DNA of 53,390 nt, counting the filler, from Jimgerdemannia flammicorona (lineage: Eukaryota): the NCBI GenBank assembly GCA_003990765.1. It is 2 parts of 2 records of this genome, joined end to end, with 100 filler letters (N's around TTAATTAATTAA, not from the genome) between each part and the next. Parts side by side here need not be neighbours in the genome. Positions count along the whole stretch, not along the records: positions 1 to 26,646 come from RBNJ01000708.1; 1 more part is not named here. One strand, given 5' to 3'. Made by a program: the position numbers and the translations under genes. This document shows, one piece after another, positions 12,646 to 25,639 of this stretch (position 1 is its first letter; every line of letters starts with the position of its first letter). The notes under the pieces were generated by a model. It worked only from the letters and a program-made list of their open reading frames with translations. It searched no databases and was not told the DNA's origin.

Positions 12646-15600
12646 GTTACTTGGACTCTTCCTTTATTACATATATCTATCCCATATAAGTACAGTGAAC
12701 CCACCTCCTATCCAATCCCCCTAGGGGGGCCCCTCCTACCTACCCCTTCTCGACGAAACCCTACTCTATTGAACACAATCCCCACTCTCCCACCACTCTG
12801 TTCACATATCCTCACCACCAAACTGTGCCATCGCCACCCTGAAGGACCCCAACCCATCTACCATCTAGTCATCAGATTCCTAAATAGCTCCTCCCACCTT
12901 AAAACCTTCTTCTGCAGTCTCATCTGCTGCTCTTCCTCAAACACAAATAGCCAATATCCCGCCAATCTCACCCAAACTGCTAACACCCACCCAACAGTGA
13001 GCCAACTATTACATACAAGCCGAGATCGCAAGTCCTCCCAGCAATCCCCCTCACCTTCCGGCCTATGCATCACATCTAGTTTATTCCCTATTTCAACCCA
13101 AAAGTCCCCCAAAACCTCACACTCTCCCAGCCAATATTCCAGCATCTGCACCAGACCCCCAGCTTGCCCTATATTGTAACACTCCTCACAATTGAAACAG
13201 CCTCCATCTACCAGATACCCAGTGTAGAAATTCAGAATGATATTCCTCCACAGCATTCACCACCACACCACCCAGAACTTGGAGGAAAGCCACTGCTATA
13301 CCTCAGCACTCCAAGACCAGATATCTGCCCAGTCCCACTACTGGCCAATCCCAACTGCCTGCCAACTACTCAGTCAAAGATCCTGGCCAAGACCCTGCTG
13401 ACACTCTACTCTGTTCCTGATATCAAAGGTAGCAAGTAGAGCACCTCCCAGTAGCAGCCTATCCCACTGCTATATACTAGATCCCCACAACACCTCCCCC
13501 TCATTGCCCTGCCAGTGTAGACCAATCCTGTGCACTCCATCAACCACTTCCCACCAAAAGCCCTTAAACTGCAGCCTTTGAATTCCATTGAGCCCAATCA
13601 AAGAGAGTAGATTACCAGAGGACCCTCAGGGGAAGGTTCTCATCTCCCACACCTTCTGCAGCAGAGGCACCCAACTCCCTCCTTATAGTTCAGCTGCTCT
13701 CTTCAACCACCAGGCCTACAAGTAGTGTAACCTCTTAGGGAAATCCCCAAGGCCAAGACCTCCCCTGACCACCAGTATTGCAAGAGTATTCCAACTGATC
13801 TGGGACCTCCTTCCTGCCTAAATCCAATCCCTAGCCACCTTCGTCAGCCTCTTCACTACCCAAGCTGGAAAGTCTAGGTGGTAGGCTACATACTACAGCT
13901 TGGAGAATCAGTATAAATTCAGAATTGATACCTGCCCTGCTAGAGAGATATGGTGGCCTCTCCAACCTCGAAGAGCCTCTATCCAAACAGCCACCCTGGT
14001 CTCCCACCACACAAGTGTCAAGACAGAGCCATATATAGAGAGGAAGATGCCCAGATACCATACCATCTCACCAGTAGGGACAATTGTTCCAATGATGTCC
14101 CCACCCACCAGTTCATTTCTGAGCACCATAGTCTCATACTTATACCTATTGAGCTTCATCCCAGAGTGATCCTCATACCATTCCACTATCTTCCTAAGTG
14201 CCTCAACATCTATTACAGACCTAAGGCCAACCATCATATCATCTGCAAAGGCTCCCACCTTCTATGCTATGTCATAGATAGAGAGCCCTACCACCTTCTG
14301 GCGAATCCTATCCATCAATGGCTACAATGAGAGAGTATAAAGAATAGGGGACAGGAGGTCCACCTGAGAAACCCCTCTCTTCAAGGTAAATACCAGACCA
14401 TGGTGAGCATTACATATCAGCACTGCCCGACTGCCCTCTAGCAGATTCAATATAGAAGCCCAAAATCCTGAAGGTACACCAGTATGATTCAATATCTTGC
14501 TCAGCCAAACCTGCTGGACCCAGTCATAGGCCTTATCCTGGTCCAAGAAGATCAATCTTCCATCCAGGCCACAAGTCTGGGCCCCTTCAATGATACTATG
14601 TACCCATGCAGTCTCATCTCTTATAAGTCTGCCTCTAACAAAGCCCCGCTGCTCCTCCCCTAGCATCTGTTGGGCAACCTTCTGCAGCCTCACAACAACC
14701 ACCTTAGTCACCATCTTCCTGTCTATGTCCAAAAGCGTGATCAGTTGTCAGTTCTTCCAGTCTTCTCTCCTCCCCTTGTCTTTGTACAATAAAGCCACCA
14801 GCCCAAGGTCCTACTCTCCAACCCACTTACCACTCTGAAGAACATGATCACAGAGAGCAGTCATTTCACCCAAAATGCCAGGGACTCTAACCATCTTCTT
14901 CCAGAAGTCTCATGGTAGTCCATCCTCTCCTGATGCTGTTTCAGTTTTAGTTGCTGCAAGGACACTCTGGACCTCCTCACCATGTACCAGCAAGACTAAG
15001 TCATCCAGTCCAGCCACTTGTAGCAGCCTTCATTCCTCTAATGTATCTTCAATAGCTGCCTCATTAGCACCCCCTTCTTCCTTACTCCACAAACCCTGCT
15101 ATCTCTCTTTCAAAACTTCTAAGATTTGTTACATACCATATATCATATCTCCATCAACATCTAGGACTCAATCTCACTGATATCACACCCTCTTAGCTTT
15201 CAGCAGATGGGATAAATATCTAGTAGGCCTCTCACTCTCTTCAAGCCCCTGTTACCTTAGCCTAGCAGCCATACCTCACATATACACCTCCTTCTCTTCT
15301 CTCAACACCTGTTGCAATTCTATAATCTCCAATTTAATTCACGTTAACCTCTAATCCTCTACCCAATCACAAGTAAGAAGACCTGCCCAATCCATTTGCA
15401 ATCTCCTCAACCTGTTGGAAGTACACCTTATATGCTCCCTCCTCTGCCTCCCAGCTTCTCTCCCAGCCCCTTCCTAATAGATCCTCGCAGCCTCTTTCAA
15501 TCTCATCCAATAGACACCCAGACAAACCCTCACACCTCCAGCAAGCAACTTTGGCCTGAATGTCCTCTATCCATGAATTCCACAACCCCTTCTCAGCCAG

Positions 15601-18495
15601 CAGAGAGAAGTTAAGGCACCAATGTCCAGGTCCATCTCCACTCTCACCAAACTGCCCCTGTCCCAACAGTCCCCAGTAATCAGACCATGGGCACTATTCA
15701 ACCTCTAATACCTTCCAGACATCAGACCCCCAGCATTCTGCCATCAGAATCCAGTCAATCCTTATACCTAAGCCATTCACCCAATGTGTATAGACCCTGG
15801 AATTGCCCCATCATGTTCAGCCCATATCCCCTAAGGAGCTCAGCTGCTCCATCTCCTCCCATATATCCAGGCCTACACTTCACCCTCCTACACTCCTCCT
15901 ACCATCAGTGTGGTCTAGATGCTGATCCCAAACCATATTAAAGTCCCCCCCAAGCACATCAACCCCTTCTGCCAAGAGAATACCCTCCTCCAGCAGCTCC
16001 TTAATCCATACAATCCTCTCACCCCTAACTGCAGGACAGTAGCAGGAGCTAACCCTCACCAACTCCCACTCCAGTCAATGCCAATCTCCCAAGACCAAGT
16101 GATCACCCCAGCTTCCAATACCCCCCAAGTATCCTCTACCCTTCCTCACTAGAATTGCCACTTTTCCAAACCAAGCAGTAGCCCCACCCCATTCCCTAGT
16201 CCACTCAACCTGATTATCCTTATAGTTACACTAAATATTCTACAGTAAAAATAGATTGGCCTCCAATCCCCTGAGCCAAATAAAAATATTCCTACACTGC
16301 TCAGATCCCCTGAGCCCATTCACATTCAAAGAGAAAATGTTGTTTGTACTGTTCAAAAGAGAAAAAGTTGTATCATGAACCCACTCTCTACAATTCTACA
16401 TCCTGCTCCTTCTGCAACATATCCAAGTCATAATCAGCAGCTAGTTTCCTTTCACCAGCTTTCTGTACCTCCAACCCTCCCAGAAGTTCAACCATTGCCC
16501 CATCTTCTCACTCCTCAAAGTCCTTATGATATTTGAGACAGACTTCCTGCCAGAACTGCAAACCATGTCACTCCACCCAACAGTATGCCGCCTACTCACC
16601 AGCAACCACTGCCAGCTTGGCCTTCCTCACCTCATCAACCTCATATCCCTCCCTCTCTAGGAAAATCGAAAGAATCTCCCCCTTCAGTACCTCCACCACT
16701 CCCTCACCACTCAAAATCTATATTCAATGCTCTTCAGGCATTACCTGCAGGTCCACTTCTCCCAAAGTCTCAGCCACAAGGTTATCCATCACCTTGCTCA
16801 TTCACAGCAAGTTTCCCACCTCCTTCCCTCTCAGAGTCTCAGGCCATCCTATGTCCAATATTGTGGTGTCAGCCCCAATACTGGCAGCCTCATTCCACTC
16901 CTCTTCAGAGATATCCACCAGCTCATCCTTGCTAACCACCACTACCTGACCCACTTTTCCCACATCAGAGACCCCAAAGTGTACTTGCTGGGCCACCTTC
17001 ATTAGTATATCCTCCATTGTCCATCTCTTTCCAGCTGAGCCCCTCTTGATAAGAGAGGGTGGAGTTGTATCCACTTCGGCTCCCAGACCTTGAAAGTGCC
17101 GTCAGCAAAGGGGTTCTTGCTCAGCACTCTTGCAGCCCCTTCCTTGCCTGCCTCTACCTCTCCAATTCCTTTACTTGCCCAAATACTAGCTTCGATACCT
17201 CCAGATTCTTTGGCTCCCACTGCCTTCTACTTCACCTCTACTTTCATACTCGCAAGTAGCTCTCTCTGCCTCCTGCACCCCTGTACTCACTCCCACTACT
17301 TTCTGTCAGTATGGATGTATTTCCCATCTACAACCTCCAGATGTGTCGACTCCTCATACATCTTCCAGGCCCTTGCCCTTTCTCCATAGCTCCACTTATC
17401 TCCTCCAGTGCCTTCAACAAGGCTTCCTCCTCCTCCTCACTCCCCTTCACCCTCAACATCTTATAGATGAACACCCCCCACATCAGCACAGAAGGCCAGT
17501 TACTTATCTTCCCTGTGGCCTCCTTGTCTGCCAGCCGAATCCTGACATCAACATCACCCATCCTGATCATTGTCCCCTCTCACACCTGAAAGCTGATGTC
17601 CACTATATCACCATACTCAATCATCACCCCCTCCACTCTCTTCCTAGTCTCCTTCTTAGTCACCATGGGCACCCTCTTCATCAGAAGCTGCACCACTCTG
17701 GGGTCCTATCATAAGCACTGCACCATGGGGATCACCACTTCCCCAACTATGACTCCAGTCTTCAGTACCTCATCCAGTGGACCTGCCTCATCAAAGCCCA
17801 CCTCGACCCCCTCCAGACCCTTCAAGAACTTCACTGAGGCTGCCCCAACCACCTGCTTCAAAACAAGCCCCAGAACTATCCTCGCTGTCACCACTAAGAC
17901 CTAAAAGTACAAGGTAACCATAAACTCCAAGATTGACTTCTTGAGCAATAGGGTCACCACGTGCCCCATTACACTATCTGCCAGGTCCCCCTTCTACATT
18001 GGAAATCCCTGCCCCACCTGGCCATCAGCTATCACATCTCTTTTTTTTTCCTGATTTCCCATCACACTCCTATCAACAGTCACACCCCCAGCTACAGCAC
18101 CTCCAGCCCCTACTCCAGCACTCCCAGCCAGAGTACCACCCCCCTCCCAAGGCTTGCCTTGCCCTTCCCCTCAGCAACACCATTCAAAGCACCAGCTGGC
18201 CACCCACTCTCCTTCACCTTGTCTGCAAAGCTTGGGAGATCAGATCTTCTACTATTATCACTGGACATCAGTCCTCCTCCAGAGCCTTCACTACTCTTAG
18301 GCCATCTGAAGGCCCCCATCCCCAGGCAATAACCCCTCCCCACCTGCTACTAGTCAAAGGCCCTAGGTCCACCCAACCTAGTATGTGTACTTATGTATTT
18401 ATTGCTTTCTATATTGCTAGTTACCTTTCACCAAAAATGTCATCAAAAGTGTTGTCTGAGTCTTGTGTCATCTGAATGTTACCAGTGAAAGATGT
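12609..18495 (-). mobile_element. Family B L1/Tx1-like LINE copy B1, full length about 5.9 kb, with poly(A) tail
   Basis: T34 at 12609-12642; 5' end shared with other B copies; degenerate 17-bp TSD at 12594-12610 and 18505-18521 (14/17 identical). Confidence 0.9.
12820..16355 (-). pseudogene. B1 ORF2 (APE endonuclease and RT); boundaries approximate
   Basis: FSLNVNGL, GGDFN, GHWCLNxSLL, EQRGFVRGRLI, DQDKAYDWV, GVSQxDxLSPILY, AFADDM, YLGIF. Confidence 0.85.
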
Positions 18496-19451
18496 TTTGA
18501 CCTATCTATGGCCCATGTCTTGTAGAAGGTCTGTATCTCTGGTCTCTTAGCAGTGGTTTCACCAGCCAACTGCTAGACCTGAGTATGGAAAGTTTGGAGT
18601 ACCCATGCTTTCACAGCCTCTATGGTGTTCTTGTTGCAGAGGAGTACAGAATTCCAGACCATCAGTATTGAGAATCCAAGCACCTTTATCTTCTTCTGGA
18701 ATGCTAAATCATAATTAGGACAGAGAAGAAATTTTATAGTTGAAGCTGAGACATACAACATATTGAGAATCTTTGACAATATCATATAGATATTATATGG
18801 GTTCTTCTGGATCTGCCTGATCTTCAGATGGGCAAATCTGTCAATATAAATATGTTACAGCCAAGTGCCTCTTTCAGTTAGTGACAAATAAGAGATCAAC
18901 TTATGAATCATATGTGAAAGAGTAGAGTGGCAGTGGTTCTTTCTATCTTAGAGTAGGTCTAGGTCCTATCTTTGATAAAAACCTTCTTGGTAGTAGCAGC
19001 ATATGATTTGAGAGTGGTGGAGTTGAAGCAGGAGACAAAGATAGACTGGCAGTACTAGGTCCCAGAGGGATAGTCTGGGGTATGACCAGGGGCCTTGGCT
19101 TTGCCCTTTTTAGGTGGTGTGGCTTTAGTGGCTGGGGCACTGCTGTGGGAGTTTCCTTCTTTAGCGGCACACCAGACTGCTATGTAGCAGCTTTAGCAGC
19201 CTGCTTGTCCACTCACTTCTGGGCCTTCGACTGCATATTTGCAGCAGATCTAGTAAGAGGGGGGCCTGAGGATTTCGGGGGAGCAGATATGGAAGGGGTG
19301 GCAGAGATACTACTCAAAAGAGTACCAGATGATAAGGGAGCTGTGGGCACTATCTATGTAGCAAGCTGTACTATTAGCTGAGCATTGATCTTGGTCAGTT
19401 CAGTTACTTGAGATAGTAGATCTGAGATCTGCTTTCTTATTCACTAATATG

Positions 19452-21313
19452 ACTCCTTTCTCCTATACAATTCATATTATACCAACTTCAAGTAATAGTT
19501 TTCAACACAACTTAGAGAAAAGGTATTATAAAAATATCATTGAGCAAGCATTCTGACAGATATGCTGAGTTGAGTAGATCTGGAGCTTTCTGCTAGCAGA
19601 ATGCAGGAAGGGGTTATGGCTTATAAATGGGGACCTTTGGAGAGTTGAAGGGTAGTGAGGGCTCTGGAGATAAACCAGTGTCTGGCAGCAATGGAGGAAG
19701 GTCTGGTCCCCTAAGCTTTGTAGATAAGATGAAGGAGAGTGGGTGGCCTGCTAGATTTAGGGCTGGTACTGCTGAAGAGAAGGGTAAGGTGAGCCTAAAG
19801 AAGGGGGAAGATACTCAGGTGAGGGAGGTGAGTATAGATGCTGGAGGTGCTGTGGCTGGGAGTTGGACTACTGATAGAAGTATTGCAGGAAATCAAGAAA
19901 ACAAAAGAGATGTAATAGCTGATAGCAGAGTGAGGCAGGGGTTTCTGATGTGCAAGAGTAATCTGACTGATGGTGTAACAGAGCTGGCAGTAGCACTAAT
20001 ACTCAGGAAATTGATCTTGGAGTTTGCAATAATACTATGCTTTCAAGGCTTAGTAGTGATGGCAAGAATGATCTTGGGGCTTATCTTGAAACAGATGGCT
20101 GAGGCTGCCTCAGTGAAGTTTCTAAAAGGTCTGGAGGGGATTGAGATAGACTTTGAGGAGGCAGGCCTAATGGAAGAGACTCTGAAGATTAGAGTGGTAA
20201 TTGAGAAGATAGTGGTCTCCATGGTGCACTATCTGAGGTTGGACTCCAGGGTGGTACAGCTACTAGTGAAGAGGGTATATTCAGTGATGAAAGAGGAGAC
20301 TAGGAGGAGGGTGGAGGAGGTGATGGCGAAGTATAGTAATGTGATGGATGTCAGTTTCCAGATATGGGAGGGAACCTTCAATAGGATAGGTAATATAGAT
20401 GTGAGGATTAGACTGATTAAAAGAGAGGCTACAGGGAAGGTGAGCAACTGACCCTCAGTATTGATATAAAAGGCTTATCTATAAGATATTAAGGGTGAGA
20501 GGGAGTAAAGAGGAAGAAGAAGACTTATTTGAGGCTCTGGAGGAGTTGGGTAGTGCTGTTAAGAGGGAGGCAAAGACCTGGAAATTATATAAAAGGTCAA
20601 AATATCTGGAGATTATTGATGAGAAGTATATTCATACTGATAAAAGATAGTTAGATAGGGCCCAAGAATAAAGGAGGTAGAGGGAGTTACTAGTGAGCAT
20701 AAAAGGAGGGGTTAAGATGATGACTGGGGGCTCTGTGAAGTCTGGGGGAGTGGTGGCGAGTGACTGGGCTAGCCAAAGAGGAGGTGATAGGTAGAAGGAC
20801 CTGGAAGGAGCTGAGAAGGCACTGCTCAAGAATCTGTTTACTGATGGTACTTTCAAGTTCTGGGACCTAGTTGTGGATGATACTTTCTCTCTTTTTTTTT
20901 TTTATAGTCCTGATACTTTCTCTCTGATCAGAAGAGGTCTAGCTATAAGAAGTTGGGCAGCAGAGGATGAGCTGATGTGAGGTGCTCAGAGTGACCATTG
21001 GTGAGGATGAGCTAGTGGATATCCCTAAGGAGAGATGAGATGAGACTGCTAGTTTAGGGGTTGATATTATAATGCTGGATATAGAAAGACCAAAGATACC
21101 AGGAGGAAAAAAAGTAGGGAACCTGCTATAGATGAGCAAGATGATGGATAACTTTATAGCTGAGGAGTTGGGGAAAGTAAAATTACAAGTGATGAGAGAG
21201 AATTATTATAGAGATTCTTATGATTTTTCTGGAGAAAAAGAGCTATAAGATTGATAAGGAGAGAGAGGCAGAGCTTGGAGTTATTGCTAGTAAGCAGACT
21301 GCCTACTGTTGGG
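19452..21313 (+). mobile_element. Family B copy B2, 5' part (ORF1 only), 3'-truncated and joined to A4
   Basis: ORF 19627..20451 is homologous to B3 ORF1; ends at GCCTACTGTTGGG. Confidence 0.8.
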
Positions 21314-23495
21314 CTTCAAGTAAGAATTTATTCATTGTAGAGAAGACAAGGTATATCGGAGCAATAAAAGACAAAGACTCCTAAGATGAAAAAAGCAAAA
21401 CAAGGCCAGTGAAGTAAAACAACTAGCAAGGAAGAACAAAACAAAGGCCAGAGAGGTGACCACCCTATGGATGGGCTGGATAAAACCATTTTGTCATGGC
21501 TGTAAAGATAATAAATGCAAAAAGCAAAGAAAAGAAAGGCTAAGATATAATACACATTTGCCCGGCACCAACTACAGGAACCGTATCGACAACTAAACAC
21601 CAAACGACTGATATGAGATGAATAACTCAATGCGCTCTCAACAGCGGGGGGAACCAACCAGGCAAATGAGGGGAAAGAAAGAAGTAAAGAAAATGTACAA
21701 CTGTTCGGTCACTCAAGCATCTTTGTAATCTCGGTCAGGCAGAACCTGACCATGAGGTGGCCACCAGAATTACACATAGCATCTATAGCATGGTAGGCTG
21801 TCTCGTGAAGAGTGTGAAGAGGGTAGGTGCAAAGTTCCTCCTGCCATTTGTCATTGGTAATTCAATCAAGCTGTTCATCATGATCGGAAGAATCTTGGAA
21901 AGCAGAATTCAAACTGTCGAGAAGACTGCACCTGAGGAGATGGCCATGATGAAACTTATCTCAACAGAGGCAGGGGCAGGGCTGGCCAAAGTTGCTATAG
22001 TGCCAGACAAGGGCAGAATGTACAAGCTGGGGGGGGAAGGAGAGGACACAATCAGCTCTCTGTGACCACAAGTAGCCTTTGGGGGTGATGTACAGAATGA
22101 GAGCCTGGGAGGAGGAGTCCTATTCCTGCAACAGTTGATCCCAAAGGAAGAACTGGAGGAAGAAGCAGAGTGAGCGAGTCTTGTGGACCTGGGGACAAAG
22201 GTCCCAGTACCAGTCAAGGAAGTCAAGCCAAGAGGTCCAATACCAGAACTTGTCAATGATAGAACCTGGGGGACATATGATAAAGTGCTCACTAAGGGGG
22301 CCGATGGAGTTGTTGCCGGACTTGTAACACCAATCCAGATGGGCTTGAAACATGCAGCAGAGGTCAGACGTATGATGAAGGCAGGAGGGGAGGCCGAGAA
22401 TCGAACTGCCAAGCAAGGGATGGCTGGAAAATCCAACTGCCCAAGTGACAGCGTCATCAAAGACCTGCTTGGGACACTTCAACACCTGAAGCCCCATGGT
22501 AGTAGCCAGACAGGAAGCTTGTAAAAGGGGGAGGCCATACTCTAGCTGAGGTCTAATAAAAGTTTGTACGATGGCCAGCTTGACTATTGGCAACCAGAGG
22601 AGACCATGGGTATGGCAGAACCCAAGAGTTCGTTCTGCCTTCGCTACATTCTGCAATGCCAGGCTGACAAAGTCAAACCCTTTATTGGTGTACGGCATAC
22701 CCAGATACATGTAGGAGAGGGGTCATGGGCAGGATTCACCTCCAATCAGCACAGTACAGTCAGCAGGGCCAACATAATCACACTTCTTGGGGTTGAGCTC
22801 CATGCCATTCACCCAAAGCCAATCCTCGCAGAAGTCGACCATCCTCTGCTCTTCCACAGCAGTGCGGGGGTGAGGGTAATGTCATTAGCAAAGAAGAGCC
22901 TGAGAGAAAAGTTGTACTCCTTGAACTGTTCATCAAAGGAGGCAGCGAGGGGATCGATAAAGACATCAAACAGTAAAGGGGAGAGGAGAGAGCCCTGGAA
23001 AAGGCCATGCACAGTGGAGACCGAAGGAGTGATAAGGCCATTGACAACCACTTGATAAGAACAGTAGTTGAACAGGCTTTGGATAATGCTAAGGAGGGCC
23101 GCATTGGTACCTCGCACCTCAAGGTGAGAAAGAATGCACTTGAGGGGGACTCGATCATACACCTGCCGGAGGTCAAGAAAGACGTGGTGGCCCCAACCCT
23201 TAGCCCATGTCTCGTGCGATAACAAGACATGAGAAAGGGATGAGAAGCGGGTTCGGAAGCCACCTTAGCAGCACAAAATTCCTCAGGCCACTTCGGCTCT
23301 TGACATAACCTTCCAAACACTGCTCAAAGACTCTATGAAACATTTCAGTCAGAGCAATAGGGCGAAATCCATCAATTGTTCGCAATTCCTCCTTCTTTGG
23401 GACTAGAGTGATGATGGCTGAGTTTCAGCAGCAGGGAGTGAGCCCCCAGACCATGCACATCTAGAAGAAGAATGAGAGGGCCTTCAAAAGGCATC
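21314..23495 (-). mobile_element. Family A copy A4, least decayed; 3' UTR, CCHC and RT, cut by B3
   Basis: DGFRPIALTE, FLDLRQVYDRVP, GLFQGSLLSPLLFDVFID, LFFANDI, YLGMPY, CPCLCxDKFHHGHLLRC; many CpGs retained. Confidence 0.9.
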
Positions 23496-23578
23496 GCACC
23501 TTTCGCTGGTAACATTCAGGTTACACAACCCTTTGACAACACTTTCGACACAGTTTCTGGAGAAATGCTACTAGTATC

Positions 23579-25609
23579 ATGGCGACCAACGAGTATCCGG
23601 AGGTGCATACTGGGCAGGGTAGCCCTGGAGCATTTGAATGGCAGCAAGTGGGGAGAGGCCCCGGCTTGGGGGGAAGTATGAGGGGCCTGCTGGTGGGGGA
23701 CCATGGTGGAAGAGGGGGTGGAGCTGGAGGTCAAGGTTCCAGCAGGGTGAGCTTTGTGGAGAAGGTAAAGGGGGGTCGACAGGGAGCTGGACTGGAAAGC
23801 TGGCTGAGAGGGGGGAAGGTATCAGTGGCGGCTTCCAGGCAGCAACCGCTTGGAGGTGCCTCTCTGGAGGGCCATAGGAGTGGAGCTGGGGGGGTAGCAG
23901 CTGGGGCGGGAACTGCTGATGGGGGTGTGATGGGTGATCTGGAAAAAAATCTAGATGGGACTGCTGATGGTGAGCTGAGCAGTGGGAAGGGCACGAGGCC
24001 TGGGTACCTGGCGGATGGTGTGACGGGACTGGCAGTGGCTCCATTACTCAAGAAGTTGATCTCAGCATTCGCAGTCATGCTGTGCTTCCGGGGCTTAGCA
24101 GTAACGGCAAAAATAGTGTTGGGGCTTATCACTAAGCAGGTGGCAGGAGCGGCTTCGGTGAAGTTTCTGAAGGGACTGGAGGGGGTGGAGGTGGGATTTA
24201 AGGAGGTAGAACCACTGGAGGAGACACTGAAGGTTGGGTTAGTGGTTGGGGAGGTGTATGTTCCGATGGCGAGGTGTTTGAAATGGGACCTGAGGGTGGT
24301 CCAACTGCTGGTGAAAGGTGTACCCACAGTGATGGTGATGTAGATGAGGAAGAGAGTGGAGGATGTCATAGCGGAGTATGGTGAGGTGGTGGACATCGGA
24401 TTCAGAGTCTGGGAAGGGACCGTGCTCAGGACTGGGGATGTGGATGTGAGGATTCGGCTAGCTGGGAAAGAGGCTACCGGGAAGATGAGGGACTGGCCCT
24501 CGGGGTTGGTCTGGGGGGCTTTCCTGTGTAAGGTGACGCGGGTGAAAGGGAGTGAAGAAGAGGAGGAAGATTTATTGGAAGCGCTGGAGGAGCTGGACGG
24601 GGCTGTGGAATGGCGAGCTAAAGCCTAGAAGACTTTCGAGGAGTTGACGCTCCTGGAGGTGGTGGATGGAAAGAGGGTTCGAGTGGACAAGGTGTAGTGG
24701 GAAAGGGCTCAAGGGCAGAAGAGGCAGAAGGATTTGCTGGCCAAGCTGGGGGGTGGTCGTCAGAAGGATGCGAGCATAAAGACAGGTACAGAAGGGGCCA
24801 GAGCAAGTGTCTGGGCTGGTGTGAGGAGTGGGAACGAAGGGGCAGGGTCCGGAAAGGCTAAGGAGGTGGAAATTAGAGACCTATATACTGATGGCACCTT
24901 GGAGATTTGGGATGATGGCTAGGAGAACTCTCCCACCCCTTCGCCTCTAATCAGGTATGGCCCAGCCTCCAGGAACAAGCCTGGGGAGGACGTGATGATG
25001 CTGGGAACCCAGCAGGTGAAATTCAGCATTCCGGAGGTATTGGATAGAGACCAAGTGGGGGCAGCAGGAGAGGAGGAACTGGTGGATGTCCCAGAGGTGT
25101 GGGATGAGGACAGGAGTGCGGGAGCAGACACCACAATGCTGGATGGAGGGAGGCTGGCGACCCCTGGTGGTAAGGAGGTGGGGAACCTACTTTGGATGTA
25201 CTGGATGATGAATAATCTGGTGGCAGATGAGCTGGGGGAGGTGGACTTGTGTGGGATGGGTGATGAGCACTGGACGAGAATTTTGCAAGGAGAAGGAGTG
25301 GCGATGGCGCTGAAGGCGGAAATTCTTGCAGTGTACCTGATGGAGGAAGGGTATGAGGTGGATAAGGAGAGGGAGGTGGAGTTGGCAGTGGTCACTGGGG
25401 AGATGGCCGAGTACTGTTGGAACAGGCATCATGGGTTGCAACTTTGGCAGGAGGCTTGTATCAAGTACCGTGAGGAGTTTGAGGAGAAGGCTGATGAGGA
25501 GATGAATGAGCTGTTGGCTGGACTGGAGTCTCAGAGGGCCAAAGAGGAGGAGGTGATGGCCGAACATAATCTGGACACAGCACAGGAGGAGAGGGGCATG
25601 GAGCAGTAA
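23579..25609 (+). pseudogene. B3 ORF1 (about 676 codons, one frame, a few TAG stops); RRM-like central segment, acidic C-terminus
   Basis: ORFs 23579, 24344, 24734 and 24992 are all in the same frame; LLVKGVP...EYGEVVDIGF..WEG...GDVDVRI. Confidence 0.75.
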
Positions 25610-25639
25610 GGATTGATCGGGAACAAACCGTATTTTATT

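Larger units (their letters stand above)
9024..19440 (-). mobile_element. Family A copy A3 (9024-12603 plus 18505-19440), split by LINE B1 and truncated in ORF1 by B2
   Basis: Colinear with A1. ORF2 ATG at 12431; RT remnants GMELNHNKC and YLGILY. ORF1 resumes at 18505. Confidence 0.85.

Noticed and set aside
21314..23495. Family A as a Penelope-like (Athena/Coprina) or MoTeR element
   Set aside because: An N-terminal APE domain and a LINE-type RT are present; no GIY-YIG or C-terminal RLE motif was seen.
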